A stretch of 64,000 nt of DNA from Acidocella sp. Its GTDB lineage: Bacteria > Pseudomonadota > Alphaproteobacteria > Acetobacterales > Acetobacteraceae. Shown here one piece after another: positions 1 to 9,281 of the stretch. Under the pieces are notes generated by a model, which made no database searches, had not been told where the DNA came from, and saw only the letters and a list, made by a program, of their open reading frames with translations. The translations under genes were made by a program, and so were the position numbers. The stretch lies in contig DAIDEE010000005.1 of the NCBI GenBank assembly GCA_027308685.1, positions 26 to 64,025 on the forward strand. Direction: 5' to 3'. How positions within the stretch are numbered: position 1 is the stretch's first letter; each line of letters starts with the position of its first letter.

Positions 1-62
1 CGCCGTCATACAAGCGAAGGCGGGTATCTTCTTGCGTAAAACCATGCCTCGGAGCCACAGAC

Positions 63-2036
63 TTGAGCGACCTCTTCGCAAACGGCGGCAACCCTGACAA
101 ATACTCCGCCAAGGACATCGAGGTCCTGGAGGGGCTCGAACCCGTTCGCCGCCGCCCCGGCATGTATATCGGCGGCACCGACGAAGGCGCTTTGCACCAT
201 TTGGCCGCCGAAATCCTCGATAACTGCATGGATGAAGCCGTCGCCGGCCACGCCACCCTCATTGAAATGGCGCTAACGCCCGGCAATACCCTCACCGTGC
301 GCGACAATGGCCGCGGCATCCCTACCGATCCGCACCCGAAATTCCCGAAAAAATCCGCGCTTGAGGTGATTCTCACCACCTTGCATTCCGGCGGCAAATT
401 CTCCGGCAAAGCCTACGTCACCTCCGGCGGCCTGCATGGCGTCGGCTCTTCGGTGGTCAACGCGCTATCGTCCAGCTTCATCGCTGAAGTCGCCCGCGAC
501 AAAAAACTCTACCGCCAGGAATTTGCCCGCGGGCTCCCCACCACCAAACTCATCGACGCCGGTGCCATCCAAAACCGCCGCGGCACCAGCATCAAATTTG
601 TCCCCGACACCCAAATCTTCGGCGACAAACAATTCTCCCCCGCCCGGCTCTACCGCCTCTGCCGCAGCAAGGCGTATCTGTTCCGCGGCGTGCGCATCAA
701 ATGGTCAGTCGATCCCGCCTTATTGAAAAACGATCCCGAAACCCCCGCCGCCGCCGAACTGCATTTCCCCGGCGGCCTGCGCGACTCACTCGAAGCCGAA
801 CTTGGCACAGCGCCGCGCGTCCTGCCCGCCATCTGGGCCGGCGAAGCCAAACTGCCCGACGCCCCGGACGGCACCGCCCAAGGCAAGCTCGAATGGGCCT
901 GCGCCTGGCTGGAACGCGGCGAGTCGATGCTCGACACCTATTGCAACACTGTCCCCACCCCGCTTGGCGGCACCCATGAAGCCGGCTTTCGCGCCGCGTT
1001 ATTAAAAGGCCTGCGTGGCTGGGCCGAAAGCCGCGGCAACAAACGCGGCAACCAGATCATCGGCGAGGATGTCACCGGCGCCCTCGCCGCGAAATTTTCG
1101 CTTTTTATCCGTGAACCGCAATTTCAAGGTCAGACCAAAGAAAAACTTACAAACCCCGAAGCCGGCAAACTAACAGAGGCTTCATTACGCGACCGCTTTG
1201 ATCATTTCCTGGCCGGCGACCCCGCCGGTGCCGATAATTTATTAGCCTTCGTGATCGACCGCGCCGAAGACCGCATCCGCCGTAAGGAAGCCCGCGACAC
1301 CCCCCGCAAATCCGCCACCCGCCGCCTGCGCCTGCCCGGCAAACTGGCTGACTGCGCCACCGAAAGTGCTGAAGGCACCGAATTATTCCTCGTCGAAGGT
1401 GATTCCGCCGGCGGCTCCGCCAAACAAGCCCGCAACCGCAACACCCAGGCCATCCTGCCCCTGCGCGGCAAAATCCTCAACGTCGCTTCAGCTTCGGCTG
1501 ACAAACTCCGGCAAAACCAGGAACTGAAGGACCTCATCGAGGCACTGGGTTGCGGGGTCGGCAACAATTTCAACCGCGCCGGCTTACGTTACGAGCGCGT
1601 CATCATCATGACCGACGCCGATGTCGATGGTGCGCATATCGCCAGCCTGCTTATGACATTTTTCTATCGCGAGTTGCCCGAACTGATCCGCCACGGCCAT
1701 ATCTATCTGGCCCAGCCGCCGCTATATCGCCTCACTCAAGGTGCCAAAAGCATCTATGCGATGGATGATGCCGCGCGCGAAAAACTCATCAAAAATTTCA
1801 AACCCGGTAGTAAGGTTGAGGTCAGCCGCTTCAAAGGTCTCGGCGAAATGCCGCCCGCGATGCTGAAGGACACCACCATGGACCCCGCGAAACGCACCTT
1901 GCTACGCATCGTCGCCGCCGCCGAAGACCGCGCCGCAACATCCGAAATGGTCGAAAGCCTGATGGGCAAACGCCCCGAACTACGCTTCCAATTCATCCAG
2001 GAAAACGCAGGCACAGTCCAAGACCTCGACGTCTGA
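63..2036 (+). CDS. parE: DNA topoisomerase IV subunit B
   Basis: GHKL motifs (EILDNCMDE, GGLHGVG) and TOPRIM VEGDSAGG/IMTDADVDG. At 657 aa it lacks the long GyrB insertion. TTG start. Confidence 0.93.
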   Translation: MSDLFANGGNPDKYSAKDIEVLEGLEPVRRRPGMYIGGTDEGALHHLAAEILDNCMDEAVAGHATLIEMALTPGNTLTVRDNGRGIPTDPHPKFPKKSALEVILTTLHSGGKFSGKAYVTSGGLHGVGSSVVNALSSSFIAEVARDKKLYRQEFARGLPTTKLIDAGAIQNRRGTSIKFVPDTQIFGDKQFSPARLYRLCRSKAYLFRGVRIKWSVDPALLKNDPETPAAAELHFPGGLRDSLEAELGTAPRVLPAIWAGEAKLPDAPDGTAQGKLEWACAWLERGESMLDTYCNTVPTPLGGTHEAGFRAALLKGLRGWAESRGNKRGNQIIGEDVTGALAAKFSLFIREPQFQGQTKEKLTNPEAGKLTEASLRDRFDHFLAGDPAGADNLLAFVIDRAEDRIRRKEARDTPRKSATRRLRLPGKLADCATESAEGTELFLVEGDSAGGSAKQARNRNTQAILPLRGKILNVASASADKLRQNQELKDLIEALGCGVGNNFNRAGLRYERVIIMTDADVDGAHIASLLMTFFYRELPELIRHGHIYLAQPPLYRLTQGAKSIYAMDDAAREKLIKNFKPGSKVEVSRFKGLGEMPPAMLKDTTMDPAKRTLLRIVAAAEDRAATSEMVESLMGKRPELRFQFIQENAGTVQDLDV

Positions 2037-2077
2037 CATCCGGTCTCCGGCGCCTCGTCGTTGCAGCACCCCATTCA

Positions 2078-2100
2078 TCATTCCCGCGCGGGCGGGGGAA
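2078..2100. repeat. REP-like GC-rich palindrome (TCATTCCCGCGCGGGCGGGGGAA)
   Basis: Resembles the widespread GTCATTCCCGCGCAGGCGGGAATCC-type extragenic palindrome. Lies between convergent parE and cupin genes. Confidence 0.45.
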
Positions 2101-2136
2101 CTTCTTGTCGCGCCAGCCACACCACACTTATCTACG

Positions 2137-2451
2137 TTAACCAACTGTCGCAAAATTAACCTCAATCAGCACAGTGTCGGTATGAAACACCGCACTGTGC
2201 CAAGCCCGGGGCGCAAAATGCACCACCACACCAGGCTTTAACGCCACCTTACCCTCAGCGGTCGTCAAAATCCCTGTGCCCTCCAGCACCACAAAAAACT
2301 GCTCGAACTCATGTGCGTGACGCTCAGCCGCATATCCTGCTTTTACACAAACCCGTTTCAAATCCCCGGCGTTTCCCGCAATCACCCGGCGATCGGCGTT
2401 TGCATCGCCGTAAGGTGCTACCTCATCCCATGCGAACACACTCGTTTGCAT
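2137..2451 (-). CDS. Cupin_2 domain protein
   Basis: HAHEFEQFFVVLEG and WHS cupin motifs. ATG at 2451 has a well-spaced GGAGG RBS, so the longer ORF-track start is unlikely. Confidence 0.8.
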   Translation of the reverse strand: MQTSVFAWDEVAPYGDANADRRVIAGNAGDLKRVCVKAGYAAERHAHEFEQFFVVLEGTGILTTAEGKVALKPGVVVHFAPRAWHSAVFHTDTVLIEVNFATVG

Positions 2452-2466
2452 CAGCATTTCCTCCAT

Positions 2467-2496
2467 AAAAAAAAGCAGCCCAAAAAGGCTGCTTTT
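2467..2496 (-). terminator. Rho-independent terminator downstream of the HU gene
   Basis: Minus strand AAAAGCAGCC-loop-GGCTGCTTTTTTTT, a GC stem followed by a U tract. Confidence 0.75.
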
Positions 2497-2518
2497 CATT
2501 CAAACCTGAAAGGACAGG

Positions 2519-2788
2519 TTAGACAACCTTTTTCAAGCTCGGCGAGGCCTTGAAACGCACGGTCTTACCGGCCTTCACTTTAATTTCTTCACCGGTACGC
2601 GGGTTCACGCCCTTGCGGGCCTTGGTCTTGCGCACGGTAAAGGTGCCAAAGCTCGGCAGGGTAAACTTGCCGTTCTTTTTCAAATCCTTAACGATCGCCT
2701 CGATCAGATCAGCGGCTGCGCGGTTCGCGGCAACGCCGGTAATTTCAGCAGAATTCTGAATAACGCTTGCAATAAAAGCTTTCGACAT
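2519..2788 (-). CDS. hup: HU family DNA-binding protein
   Basis: 89 aa with FGTFTVRKTKARKGVNPRTGEEI...VRFKAS, the HU/IHF signature. Confidence 0.92.
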   Translation of the reverse strand: MSKAFIASVIQNSAEITGVAANRAAADLIEAIVKDLKKNGKFTLPSFGTFTVRKTKARKGVNPRTGEEIKVKAGKTVRFKASPSLKKVV

Positions 2789-3004
2789 GAACTAGCCTCT
2801 TTCCTGTTCGCTCAGCCGCAGGGTGCCGCCCACGCGCTGGATTCTATGATATGACGCCGACGAGCCTCCCTGAAACGAATCGGCGCGTCTGCAAACAACT
2901 AACGTGCGCCTCGCAGAAACACCATAGTAATAACTGTTTAGAATCGAATTCCCACCTTAAAAATCCGAAAATTCTGTGTTTTGGGTGGAATTTTATCAGG
3001 GAAA

Positions 3005-3080
3005 TGGTGCCCAGGACTGGAATCGAACCAGTGACACTGCAATTTTCAATCGCATGCTCTACCAACTGAGCTACCTGGGC
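3005..3080 (-). tRNA. tRNA-Phe(GAA)
   Basis: Reverse complement GCCCAGGTAGCTCAGTTGGTAGAGCATGCGATTGAAAATTGCAGTGTCACTGGTTCGATTCCAGTCCTGGGCACCA folds as a cloverleaf with anticodon GAA and encoded CCA. Confidence 0.95.
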
Positions 3081-3135
3081 GCCGAGGGATGGCGTAACCG
3101 ATACTGCCCTCGCTTTCAAGCCGCAGCCTGAAAAC

Positions 3136-3210
3136 TGGTGCTGTCACAGGGAATTGAACCCTGGACCTCTTCATTACCAATGAAGTGCTCTACCCCTGAG
3201 CTATGACAGC
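3136..3210 (-). tRNA. tRNA-Thr(GGT)
   Basis: Reverse complement GCTGTCATAGCTCAGGGGTAGAGCACTTCATTGGTAATGAAGAGGTCCAGGGTTCAATTCCCTGTGACAGCACCA, anticodon GGT, encoded CCA. Confidence 0.95.
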
Positions 3211-3225
3211 GCCGCGCGTGCCCGC

Positions 3226-3254
3226 CCTATATCTCTGTGTTGCCAATCAGGCAA
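3226..3254 (-). promoter_or_regulatory. Putative sigma70 promoter of the tRNA-Thr/tRNA-Phe pair
   Basis: Minus strand TTGCCT-17 nt-TATAGG followed by a GC-rich discriminator just before the tRNA-Thr 5' end. Confidence 0.55.
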
Positions 3255-3290
3255 CTGCCCTTGACGGCAGCCCCCTCAGGCGGCTTGAAC

Positions 3291-3470
3291 ATGCCTATGC
3301 CGACCCGCGACAACCCCACACCCACCAAAGCTGAAATCGCCGCTGCCGCCAGGGCTGCCCGCCGCGCCGCGCAGGAGGCTGAGGCCCTGCGCCTCAACCT
3401 GCTCAAGCGCAAAGCCCAAAGCCGCGCCCGCGAGGCCGCCACACCCGAAGGATCAAAAACTTGCCGGTAA
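3291..3470 (+). CDS. Small basic helical protein upstream of dcd-murA
   Basis: 59 aa ORF with [17 protein letters not shown]. Its stop overlaps the dcd 5' end. Resembles small ORFs I recall upstream of murA in alphaproteobacteria. Confidence 0.6.
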   Translation: MPMPTRDNPTPTKAEIAAAARAARRAAQEAEALRLNLLKRKAQSRAREAATPEGSKTCR

Positions 3471-4015
3471 TGCCCGACCACTGGATCCGCCAGCAAGCCA
3501 CCCAATCGGGCATGATCGAACCCTTCGTGGAGACCCAGAAGCGCGATGGCGTGATCTCCTACGGCCTGTCCTCCTATGGCTACGACGCCCGCTGCGCGGA
3601 TCATTTCAAAATTTTCACCAACGTCGATTCCGCCATTGTGGACCCTAAATCCTTCAACCCAACCAGCTTCGTGGACCGCACCGGGCCGGTTTGTATCATC
3701 CCGCCCAACAGCTTCGCACTCACCCACACCATCGAATATTTCCGCATCCCGCGTGATATTCTGGTTATCTGCCTCGGCAAATCCACTTATGCACGCTGCG
3801 GCATCATCGTGAATGTCACGCCGCTGGAGCCCGAATGGGAAGGCCAGGTGACCATCGAGATTTCCAACACCACGCCGCTGCCAGCCAAAATCTATGCTGG
3901 CGAGGGCATCTGCCAGTTCCTATTTCTGCAGGGCTCCTCGGCGTGCGAGGTCTCCTATGCAGATAAAGCCGGCAAATACATGGGCCAGCGCGGCGTCTCC
4001 CTACCAAGAATGTAA
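3461..4015 (+). CDS. dcd: dCTP deaminase
   Basis: [19 protein letters not shown] and PLEPEWEG motifs. Confidence 0.95.
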   Translation: MPVMPDHWIRQQATQSGMIEPFVETQKRDGVISYGLSSYGYDARCADHFKIFTNVDSAIVDPKSFNPTSFVDRTGPVCIIPPNSFALTHTIEYFRIPRDILVICLGKSTYARCGIIVNVTPLEPEWEGQVTIEISNTTPLPAKIYAGEGICQFLFLQGSSACEVSYADKAGKYMGQRGVSLPRM

Positions 4016-4019
4016 AATC

Positions 4020-5279
4020 ATGGATCGTATTCGTATTATAGGCGGCACCGCGCTTTCGGGCACCATCCGCATTTCCGGCGCCAAAAACGCCGCCCTACCC
4101 CTGATGACCTGTGGCCTGCTCACCGATCAGCGTCTGGTGCTCTCAAATGTCGCCAAGCTGGCGGATTTGCAGACCATGGCTGAATTGCTCGCCCAACATG
4201 GCATCGCGGTGGAGCCCACCGGCGCCGATGGCCGCTCCCTCTCGCTCGGCGGTCACATCACCAACACCGAAGCGCCTTACGACATCGTCTCCAAAATGCG
4301 TGCCTCTATCCTGGTGCTCGGCCCCTTGCTCGCCCGAGTCGGTAACGCCCGCGTTTCACTCCCCGGCGGCTGCAACATCGGCACCAGGCCGGTGGATTTG
4401 CACCTCAAGGGCCTGGAAGCCATGGGCGCGGTCATCAAGCTCGACGCCGGCTACATCAATGCCACCGCGCCCAAGGGGCTGCATGGGGCCAACATCGTAT
4501 TCCCGTTCGTCTCGGTGGGTGCCACTGAAAACCTGTTGATGGCCGCCGCCCTCGCGCACGGCACCACCACCTTGAAAAACGCCGCCCGCGAGCCGGAAAT
4601 CTCCGATTTAGTGAAATGCCTGATCGCCATGGGCGCCAAAATCGAGGGTATCGGCTCCGATACAATTACCATCGAGGGTGTCCCCACCCTGCATGGCGCC
4701 CACCACGCCATTTTGCCCGACCGCATCGAGACCGGCACCTATGCCTGTGCCGCCGCCATCACCGGCGGTGACATCTTCCTGGAAAACGCCCGCGCTGACG
4801 ACCTCGGCGCCGTCATCCATGCGCTGCGCGACGCCGGCGTCATCGTCACCGAAGCTGACAACGGCTTCTCGGTAACACGCAAAAATGGCCTGCATGGTAT
4901 CGATATCGTGACCGAACCCTTCCCCGGCTTCCCCACCGACATGCAGGCCCAATTCATGGCCCTGATGAGCGTCGCCGAGGGTGCCTCGATGGTCACCGAG
5001 ACCATTTTCGAGAACCGCTTCATGCATGTGCCGGAACTCAACCGCATGGGGGCCCGCATCAACGCCCATGGTGCCTCGGCCATCATCCGCGGGGTGCCGC
5101 ATCTCTCCGGCGCACAAGTTATGGCTACCGACCTGCGCGCCTCGGTCTCGCTGGTGCTGGCGGGCCTCGCTGCCCAGGGCGAAACCATTATCAGCCGGGT
5201 TTACCATCTCGACCGCGGCTATGAATCAGTCGAGCAAAAACTCGCCGCCTGCGGGGCCAATATCGAACGCCTAGCCTAG
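4020..5279 (+). CDS. murA: UDP-N-acetylglucosamine 1-carboxyvinyltransferase
   Basis: [24 protein letters not shown] (catalytic Cys) and [10 protein letters not shown]. True start is ATG 4020. Confidence 0.96.
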   Translation: MDRIRIIGGTALSGTIRISGAKNAALPLMTCGLLTDQRLVLSNVAKLADLQTMAELLAQHGIAVEPTGADGRSLSLGGHITNTEAPYDIVSKMRASILVLGPLLARVGNARVSLPGGCNIGTRPVDLHLKGLEAMGAVIKLDAGYINATAPKGLHGANIVFPFVSVGATENLLMAAALAHGTTTLKNAAREPEISDLVKCLIAMGAKIEGIGSDTITIEGVPTLHGAHHAILPDRIETGTYACAAAITGGDIFLENARADDLGAVIHALRDAGVIVTEADNGFSVTRKNGLHGIDIVTEPFPGFPTDMQAQFMALMSVAEGASMVTETIFENRFMHVPELNRMGARINAHGASAIIRGVPHLSGAQVMATDLRASVSLVLAGLAAQGETIISRVYHLDRGYESVEQKLAACGANIERLA

Positions 5280-5311
5280 CCGCCTGAAGCAGGCGGTGGT
5301 AATCCCCCGCC

Positions 5312-5974
5312 ATGTCGATCGTACTTGCTCTCCCAAAAGGCCGCATCCTTGATGAATGTGGCCCGCTCTTACAAGCTGCCGGGGTTATCCCGGCGGCTGA
5401 TTATGCTGATGAATCCAGCCGCCGCCTGCGCTTTCCCACCAACGACCCGGAATTGGACGTGATTCGGGTGCGCTCCTTCGATGTCGCCACCTTCGTCGCC
5501 TTCGGGGCGGCTGATATTGGCATTTGCGGTGGTGATGTGCTGATGGAATTTGACTACCCGGAAGTTTACGCGCCGCTCGACCTTGGCATCGGCCATTGCC
5601 GCATTTCGGTGGCCGAGCCCAAGGACGAAGCCGGAACCACTGACCTGAACGCCATTTCCCGCATCAGGGTGGCCAGCAAATACCCTAACGTCACCAAAAA
5701 ACATTTCGCCGCCCGCGGCGTACAGGCTGAAATCGTCGCACTGAACGGCTCGATGGAGCTGGCCCCCGGGCTTGGCTTGTCGCGCCTGATTGTCGATCTG
5801 GTCCAAACCGGCAGCACTTTGAAGGCCAATGGCCTGGTGGAAACCGATATCATCGCCGAGGTCTCCTCACGCCTGATCGTCAACCGCATCGCCCTGAAAA
5901 CCCGCCCCGATGAAATTTCCGGCTGGATCGAGCGCTTCCGCCATGCTCTGGCCGCCCGCAGTCTCGCTGCATGA
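5312..5974 (+). CDS. hisG: ATP phosphoribosyltransferase, short form
   Basis: ALPKGRI and IVDLVQTGSTLKANGL. At 220 aa it lacks the C-terminal regulatory domain, so it is HisZ-dependent. Confidence 0.93.
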   Translation: MSIVLALPKGRILDECGPLLQAAGVIPAADYADESSRRLRFPTNDPELDVIRVRSFDVATFVAFGAADIGICGGDVLMEFDYPEVYAPLDLGIGHCRISVAEPKDEAGTTDLNAISRIRVASKYPNVTKKHFAARGVQAEIVALNGSMELAPGLGLSRLIVDLVQTGSTLKANGLVETDIIAEVSSRLIVNRIALKTRPDEISGWIERFRHALAARSLAA

Positions 5975-7263
5975 AGCGTTTGAACAGCACCGCCGCTGAT
6001 TTTGAAACCCAGTTTCTGGGCCTGTTGAGCCGCGCCGCTGGTGCCGAGCCAGAAGTGGCCAGCACAGTGCGTGACATCATCGCCCGCGTACAGCGCGATG
6101 GTGACGCCGCCGTGGTGGAATACACCAATAAATTTGACCGGGTGGCGCTTGGGGGGAGCGACCTCCGCGTGACTGCCGAGGACATCGCGCAAGCCAGCAC
6201 CGCGACCTCCCCCGAACTGCGGACGGCTTTGGCACTGGCCGCACACCGCATCGAGGCATTTCACCGCGCCCAGATGCCGCAAAATATCAAACATACCGAC
6301 ACCGCCGGCGCGACCCTGGGGCTGCGCTGGGGACCACTGGATGCGGTGGGGATTTATGTGCCCGGCGGCAAGGCCTCCTACCCTTCCTCGGTGCTGATGA
6401 ACGCGATCCCCGCCAAAGTGGCTGGGGTATCACGCATCGCCATGTGCGTGCCAGCTCCTGATGGTGTGCTGAACCCACTGGTGCTGGCCGCCGCACAGCT
6501 CGCCGGTGTGACCGAAATTTACCGCATTGGCGGGGCGCAAGCGGTGGCAGCACTGGCTTATGGCACGGCGCTGATTCAACCGGTGGACCGCATCGTGGGG
6601 CCGGGCAACGCCTATGTGGCGGAAGCCAAAAGGCAGGTGTTTGGCCGGGTTGGGATCGATTCGATCGCTGGCCCTTCGGAAGTCCTGATCATCGCCGATG
6701 CTGATAACGACGCCAGCCAGATCGCGCTGGATCTGCTGGCCCAGGCCGAGCACGACGAGGGCGCACAATCCATCTTGATTACCAACGACGCCGGTCTGGC
6801 CGCCGCCGTTGCCGCCGCTGTGGATACCGCCCTTGAGACGCTGCCGCGGGCTGCCATTGCGGGCGCCAGTTGGCGCGACAACGGCGCGATTATTCTGGTG
6901 AGTGAGTGGGATGAAGCCGTGCATCTGGCCAACCGCATCGCGCCCGAACATTTACAATTATTACTCGCCGACCCGGCCCCGATATTCGAAAAAATCCGCC
7001 ATGCCGGGGCCGTTTTCATCGGCAAAAACTGCCCGGAAGCGATCGGCGATTATGTCGCCGGACCCAACCATGTGCTGCCAACCTCGGGCACTGCCCGCTT
7101 TGCCTCGGGGCTTTCGGTTTATGATTTCCTCAAACGCACCACCTTTGTCTCGCTCACCGACGCCGCCTTGGCGGAAATCGGCCCGGCGGCGGTAGCTCTG
7201 GCCAATGCCGAGGGCCTGACTGCCCATGCGCGATCAGTGCAGGTCAGGTTACCTAAAACTTGA
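5971..7263 (+). CDS. hisD: Histidinol dehydrogenase
   Basis: YVPGGKASYPSSVLM, GPGNAYVAEAK, QAEHD and AGPNHVLPT. Confidence 0.95.
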   Translation: MKRLNSTAADFETQFLGLLSRAAGAEPEVASTVRDIIARVQRDGDAAVVEYTNKFDRVALGGSDLRVTAEDIAQASTATSPELRTALALAAHRIEAFHRAQMPQNIKHTDTAGATLGLRWGPLDAVGIYVPGGKASYPSSVLMNAIPAKVAGVSRIAMCVPAPDGVLNPLVLAAAQLAGVTEIYRIGGAQAVAALAYGTALIQPVDRIVGPGNAYVAEAKRQVFGRVGIDSIAGPSEVLIIADADNDASQIALDLLAQAEHDEGAQSILITNDAGLAAAVAAAVDTALETLPRAAIAGASWRDNGAIILVSEWDEAVHLANRIAPEHLQLLLADPAPIFEKIRHAGAVFIGKNCPEAIGDYVAGPNHVLPTSGTARFASGLSVYDFLKRTTFVSLTDAALAEIGPAAVALANAEGLTAHARSVQVRLPKT

Positions 7264-7323
7264 CCAGACTATAAACTCGGCCCACATCGCAGCCTACCCG
7301 CAATCATTTACGAGGTTTTTTGT

Positions 7324-7542
7324 TTGTCTAAGGAAGATATGATCGAATTCAGTGGCATGGTCACTGAGCTCCTGCCTAACGCGATGTTTCGCGTCAAACT
7401 CGACAATGAACATGTGATTCTGGCCCATACTAGCGGTAAAATGCGCAAAAACCGCATTCGCGTGCTGGCCGGCGACCGGGTAAATGTCGAGATGACCCCT
7501 TACGACCTCACCAAGGGTCGGATCACATTCCGCTTCAAATAA
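7324..7542 (+). CDS. infA: Translation initiation factor IF-1
   Basis: 72 aa with [12 protein letters not shown]...[16 protein letters not shown]. Confidence 0.97.
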   Translation: MSKEDMIEFSGMVTELLPNAMFRVKLDNEHVILAHTSGKMRKNRIRVLAGDRVNVEMTPYDLTKGRITFRFK

Positions 7543-8102
7543 ACCGCCTGGTCCTGGCATCGGCCAGCCCGCGCCGCTTGCAGTTGCTGGCGCAGATCGG
7601 CCTGCAGCCGGACGAGGTTTTTGCTCCCAACATCGATGAATCGGCCGCCCTGCAGGAAGCCCCGCGGGTGTATGCGCAACGCATGGCCTTGGCCAAATTG
7701 GCCGCCTGCCCTGCTACTGGCCATGTGATTTCCGCCGATACTGTGGTGGCCGCCGGGGCGCGGATTTTGCCCAAAGCTGAAAATTTGCATGACGCCGAGA
7801 CCTGCCTGCGCCTGCTCGCGGGCCGCCGCCACCGGGTTTATACCGCCGTGGCGGTGCGTGCGCCCGGTGGCAAGGTGGCCGCGCGGGTGGTAGTGTCGGT
7901 GGTGGGGTTTGCCCGGTTGGAGGCAGCGCAGGTACAGGCGTATCTGGCCGCCGGCGAATGGCAGGGCAAAGCCGGCGGGTATGCAATTCAGGGTAAGGCG
8001 GCGGCCTTCATTGATTTCATCTCCGGTTCCTATTCAGGGATCGTGGGCTTGCCGCTGCATGAAACAACCCAGCTGCTGCGCGGGCTGGGGTACCGGCCTT
8101 GA
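7539..8102 (+). CDS. maf: Maf family nucleoside triphosphate pyrophosphatase (start codon uncertain, probably non-canonical)
   Basis: [10 protein letters not shown] begins at 7548, upstream of the first canonical start at 7578. ADTVV and KAGGYAIQG motifs are present. Confidence 0.88.
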   Translation: MNRLVLASASPRRLQLLAQIGLQPDEVFAPNIDESAALQEAPRVYAQRMALAKLAACPATGHVISADTVVAAGARILPKAENLHDAETCLRLLAGRRHRVYTAVAVRAPGGKVAARVVVSVVGFARLEAAQVQAYLAAGEWQGKAGGYAIQGKAAAFIDFISGSYSGIVGLPLHETTQLLRGLGYRP

Positions 8103-8974
8103 GGCGAGTGGCGGTTTCAGTACGCGGCGATACCGCCCGGATCGCGCTGCTGGAGGGCGATGTGCTGTGCGAATATATGCTGTGGACTCTGGCGCAGCCT
8201 GATGGCGTCGGCGATGTTTATACCGGCAGGATTACCGCCAAGCTGCCTGCAATGGCGGGCAGCTTTGTTGATTTAGGCGACACGACGGGATTTTTGCCCG
8301 ACAGCGCCGCAGCACCCAGCCTAACCGAAGGTAACTATATCAGCGTGGAAGTGACGCGGGCGGCGCAAGGCGGCAAAGGCCCGCGCCTTGCGGTGCGCGC
8401 CGAGCCACCGACGGACCGGCCTGGCTTGTTGCGGCGCGGGCCGGGGCCGCTGCCGCAGATGATACAGCGTTTTCCAAAGATTCAGGTTTTTGTTGATGAT
8501 TACGCGCTGATCGCGCATTTGCGCCCGCTTCTGGGACCGCAGATGATTTATAAAGCTGATGCCTTCGATGCGGTACTGGAAGATGAAGTGGCCGGGCTGG
8601 CCGAACCCACCGCCGCCCTGGGGCAAGGTGCTAAAATGCACATCGCAGCCACCGCGGCACTCACCGCGATTGATATTGATGCAGGTGCCGCCAGCGGAGA
8701 GGGCAACACCAAACCGCAAGCCCAACTGGCGCTGAACATTGCGCTGATCCCGCAAATCGTGCGGCAAATGATATTACGCAATTTATCAGGTGCGATTTTA
8801 ATTGATTTTGCCGGGATGAAATCAAAGACTCGCATGAAACTCATCGAGCCCCTGACAACAGCGTTGAAATCTGACCCGTTGCCGAGCAAGCTGCTGGGGT
8901 TTTCCAACCTGGGATTTGCCGAAATTTCTCGGCCGCGCATTCGTCCAGCTTTGCATGAGATTTTGAACCCATGA
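8099..8974 (+). CDS. Short ribonuclease E/G family protein
   Basis: S1 region (VGDVYTGRI) plus TAIDID and RNLSGAILIDF motifs, in the infA-maf-rng-yacG context. Confidence 0.85.
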   Translation: MRRVAVSVRGDTARIALLEGDVLCEYMLWTLAQPDGVGDVYTGRITAKLPAMAGSFVDLGDTTGFLPDSAAAPSLTEGNYISVEVTRAAQGGKGPRLAVRAEPPTDRPGLLRRGPGPLPQMIQRFPKIQVFVDDYALIAHLRPLLGPQMIYKADAFDAVLEDEVAGLAEPTAALGQGAKMHIAATAALTAIDIDAGAASGEGNTKPQAQLALNIALIPQIVRQMILRNLSGAILIDFAGMKSKTRMKLIEPLTTALKSDPLPSKLLGFSNLGFAEISRPRIRPALHEILNP

Positions 8975-9126
8975 GCCAGTGCCCGATCTGCAAAAAGCCA
9001 ACCGACCCTGGACATAAGCCCTTCTGTTCACAGCGCTGTGCCGATGTCGATTTAGGCCGCTGGCTCACGGAATCCTATTCCCTGCCCGCCAAACCGGCGA
9101 TTGAAGAGGAAGAAGACGCCGAATAG
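8971..9126 (+). CDS. yacG: DNA gyrase inhibitor YacG
   Basis: Not in the ORF track. Translates MSQCPICKKPTDPGHKPFCSQRCADVDLGRWLTESYSLPAKPAIEEEEDAE with CxxC and FCSxRC. Confidence 0.93.
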   Translation: MSQCPICKKPTDPGHKPFCSQRCADVDLGRWLTESYSLPAKPAIEEEEDAE

Positions 9127-9281
9127 GCCATGTGACACGTGGCACATTCCGCCGCGAAACGGTTTATAACACAATGTTAGTAAAACATAGATTTGAAAAA
9201 ACCGCCAAAAAAACTTCGGCCGTTGCGGCGCCGCGTGCGTCAACCTCAAACGGTCAGGCTCTCATTGACGCGGCCATGAGA

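Noticed and set aside
3005-3080. tRNA-Phe with U32 and a G-U pair in the anticodon stem, considered as a possible pseudo-tRNA
   Set aside because: All arms pair, invariant D- and T-loop bases and CCA are present, so this is normal variation
3894-4019. N-terminal extension of MurA in the ORF track
   Set aside because: It overlaps dcd out of frame, and homology begins at ATG 4020
5312-5974. HisG looks truncated
   Set aside because: It is the standard HisZ-dependent short form
8099-8974. RNase E/G only 291 aa, possible pseudogene
   Set aside because: Intact ORF with coupled start and stop. Short forms are usual in the alphaproteobacterial infA-maf-yacG cluster.
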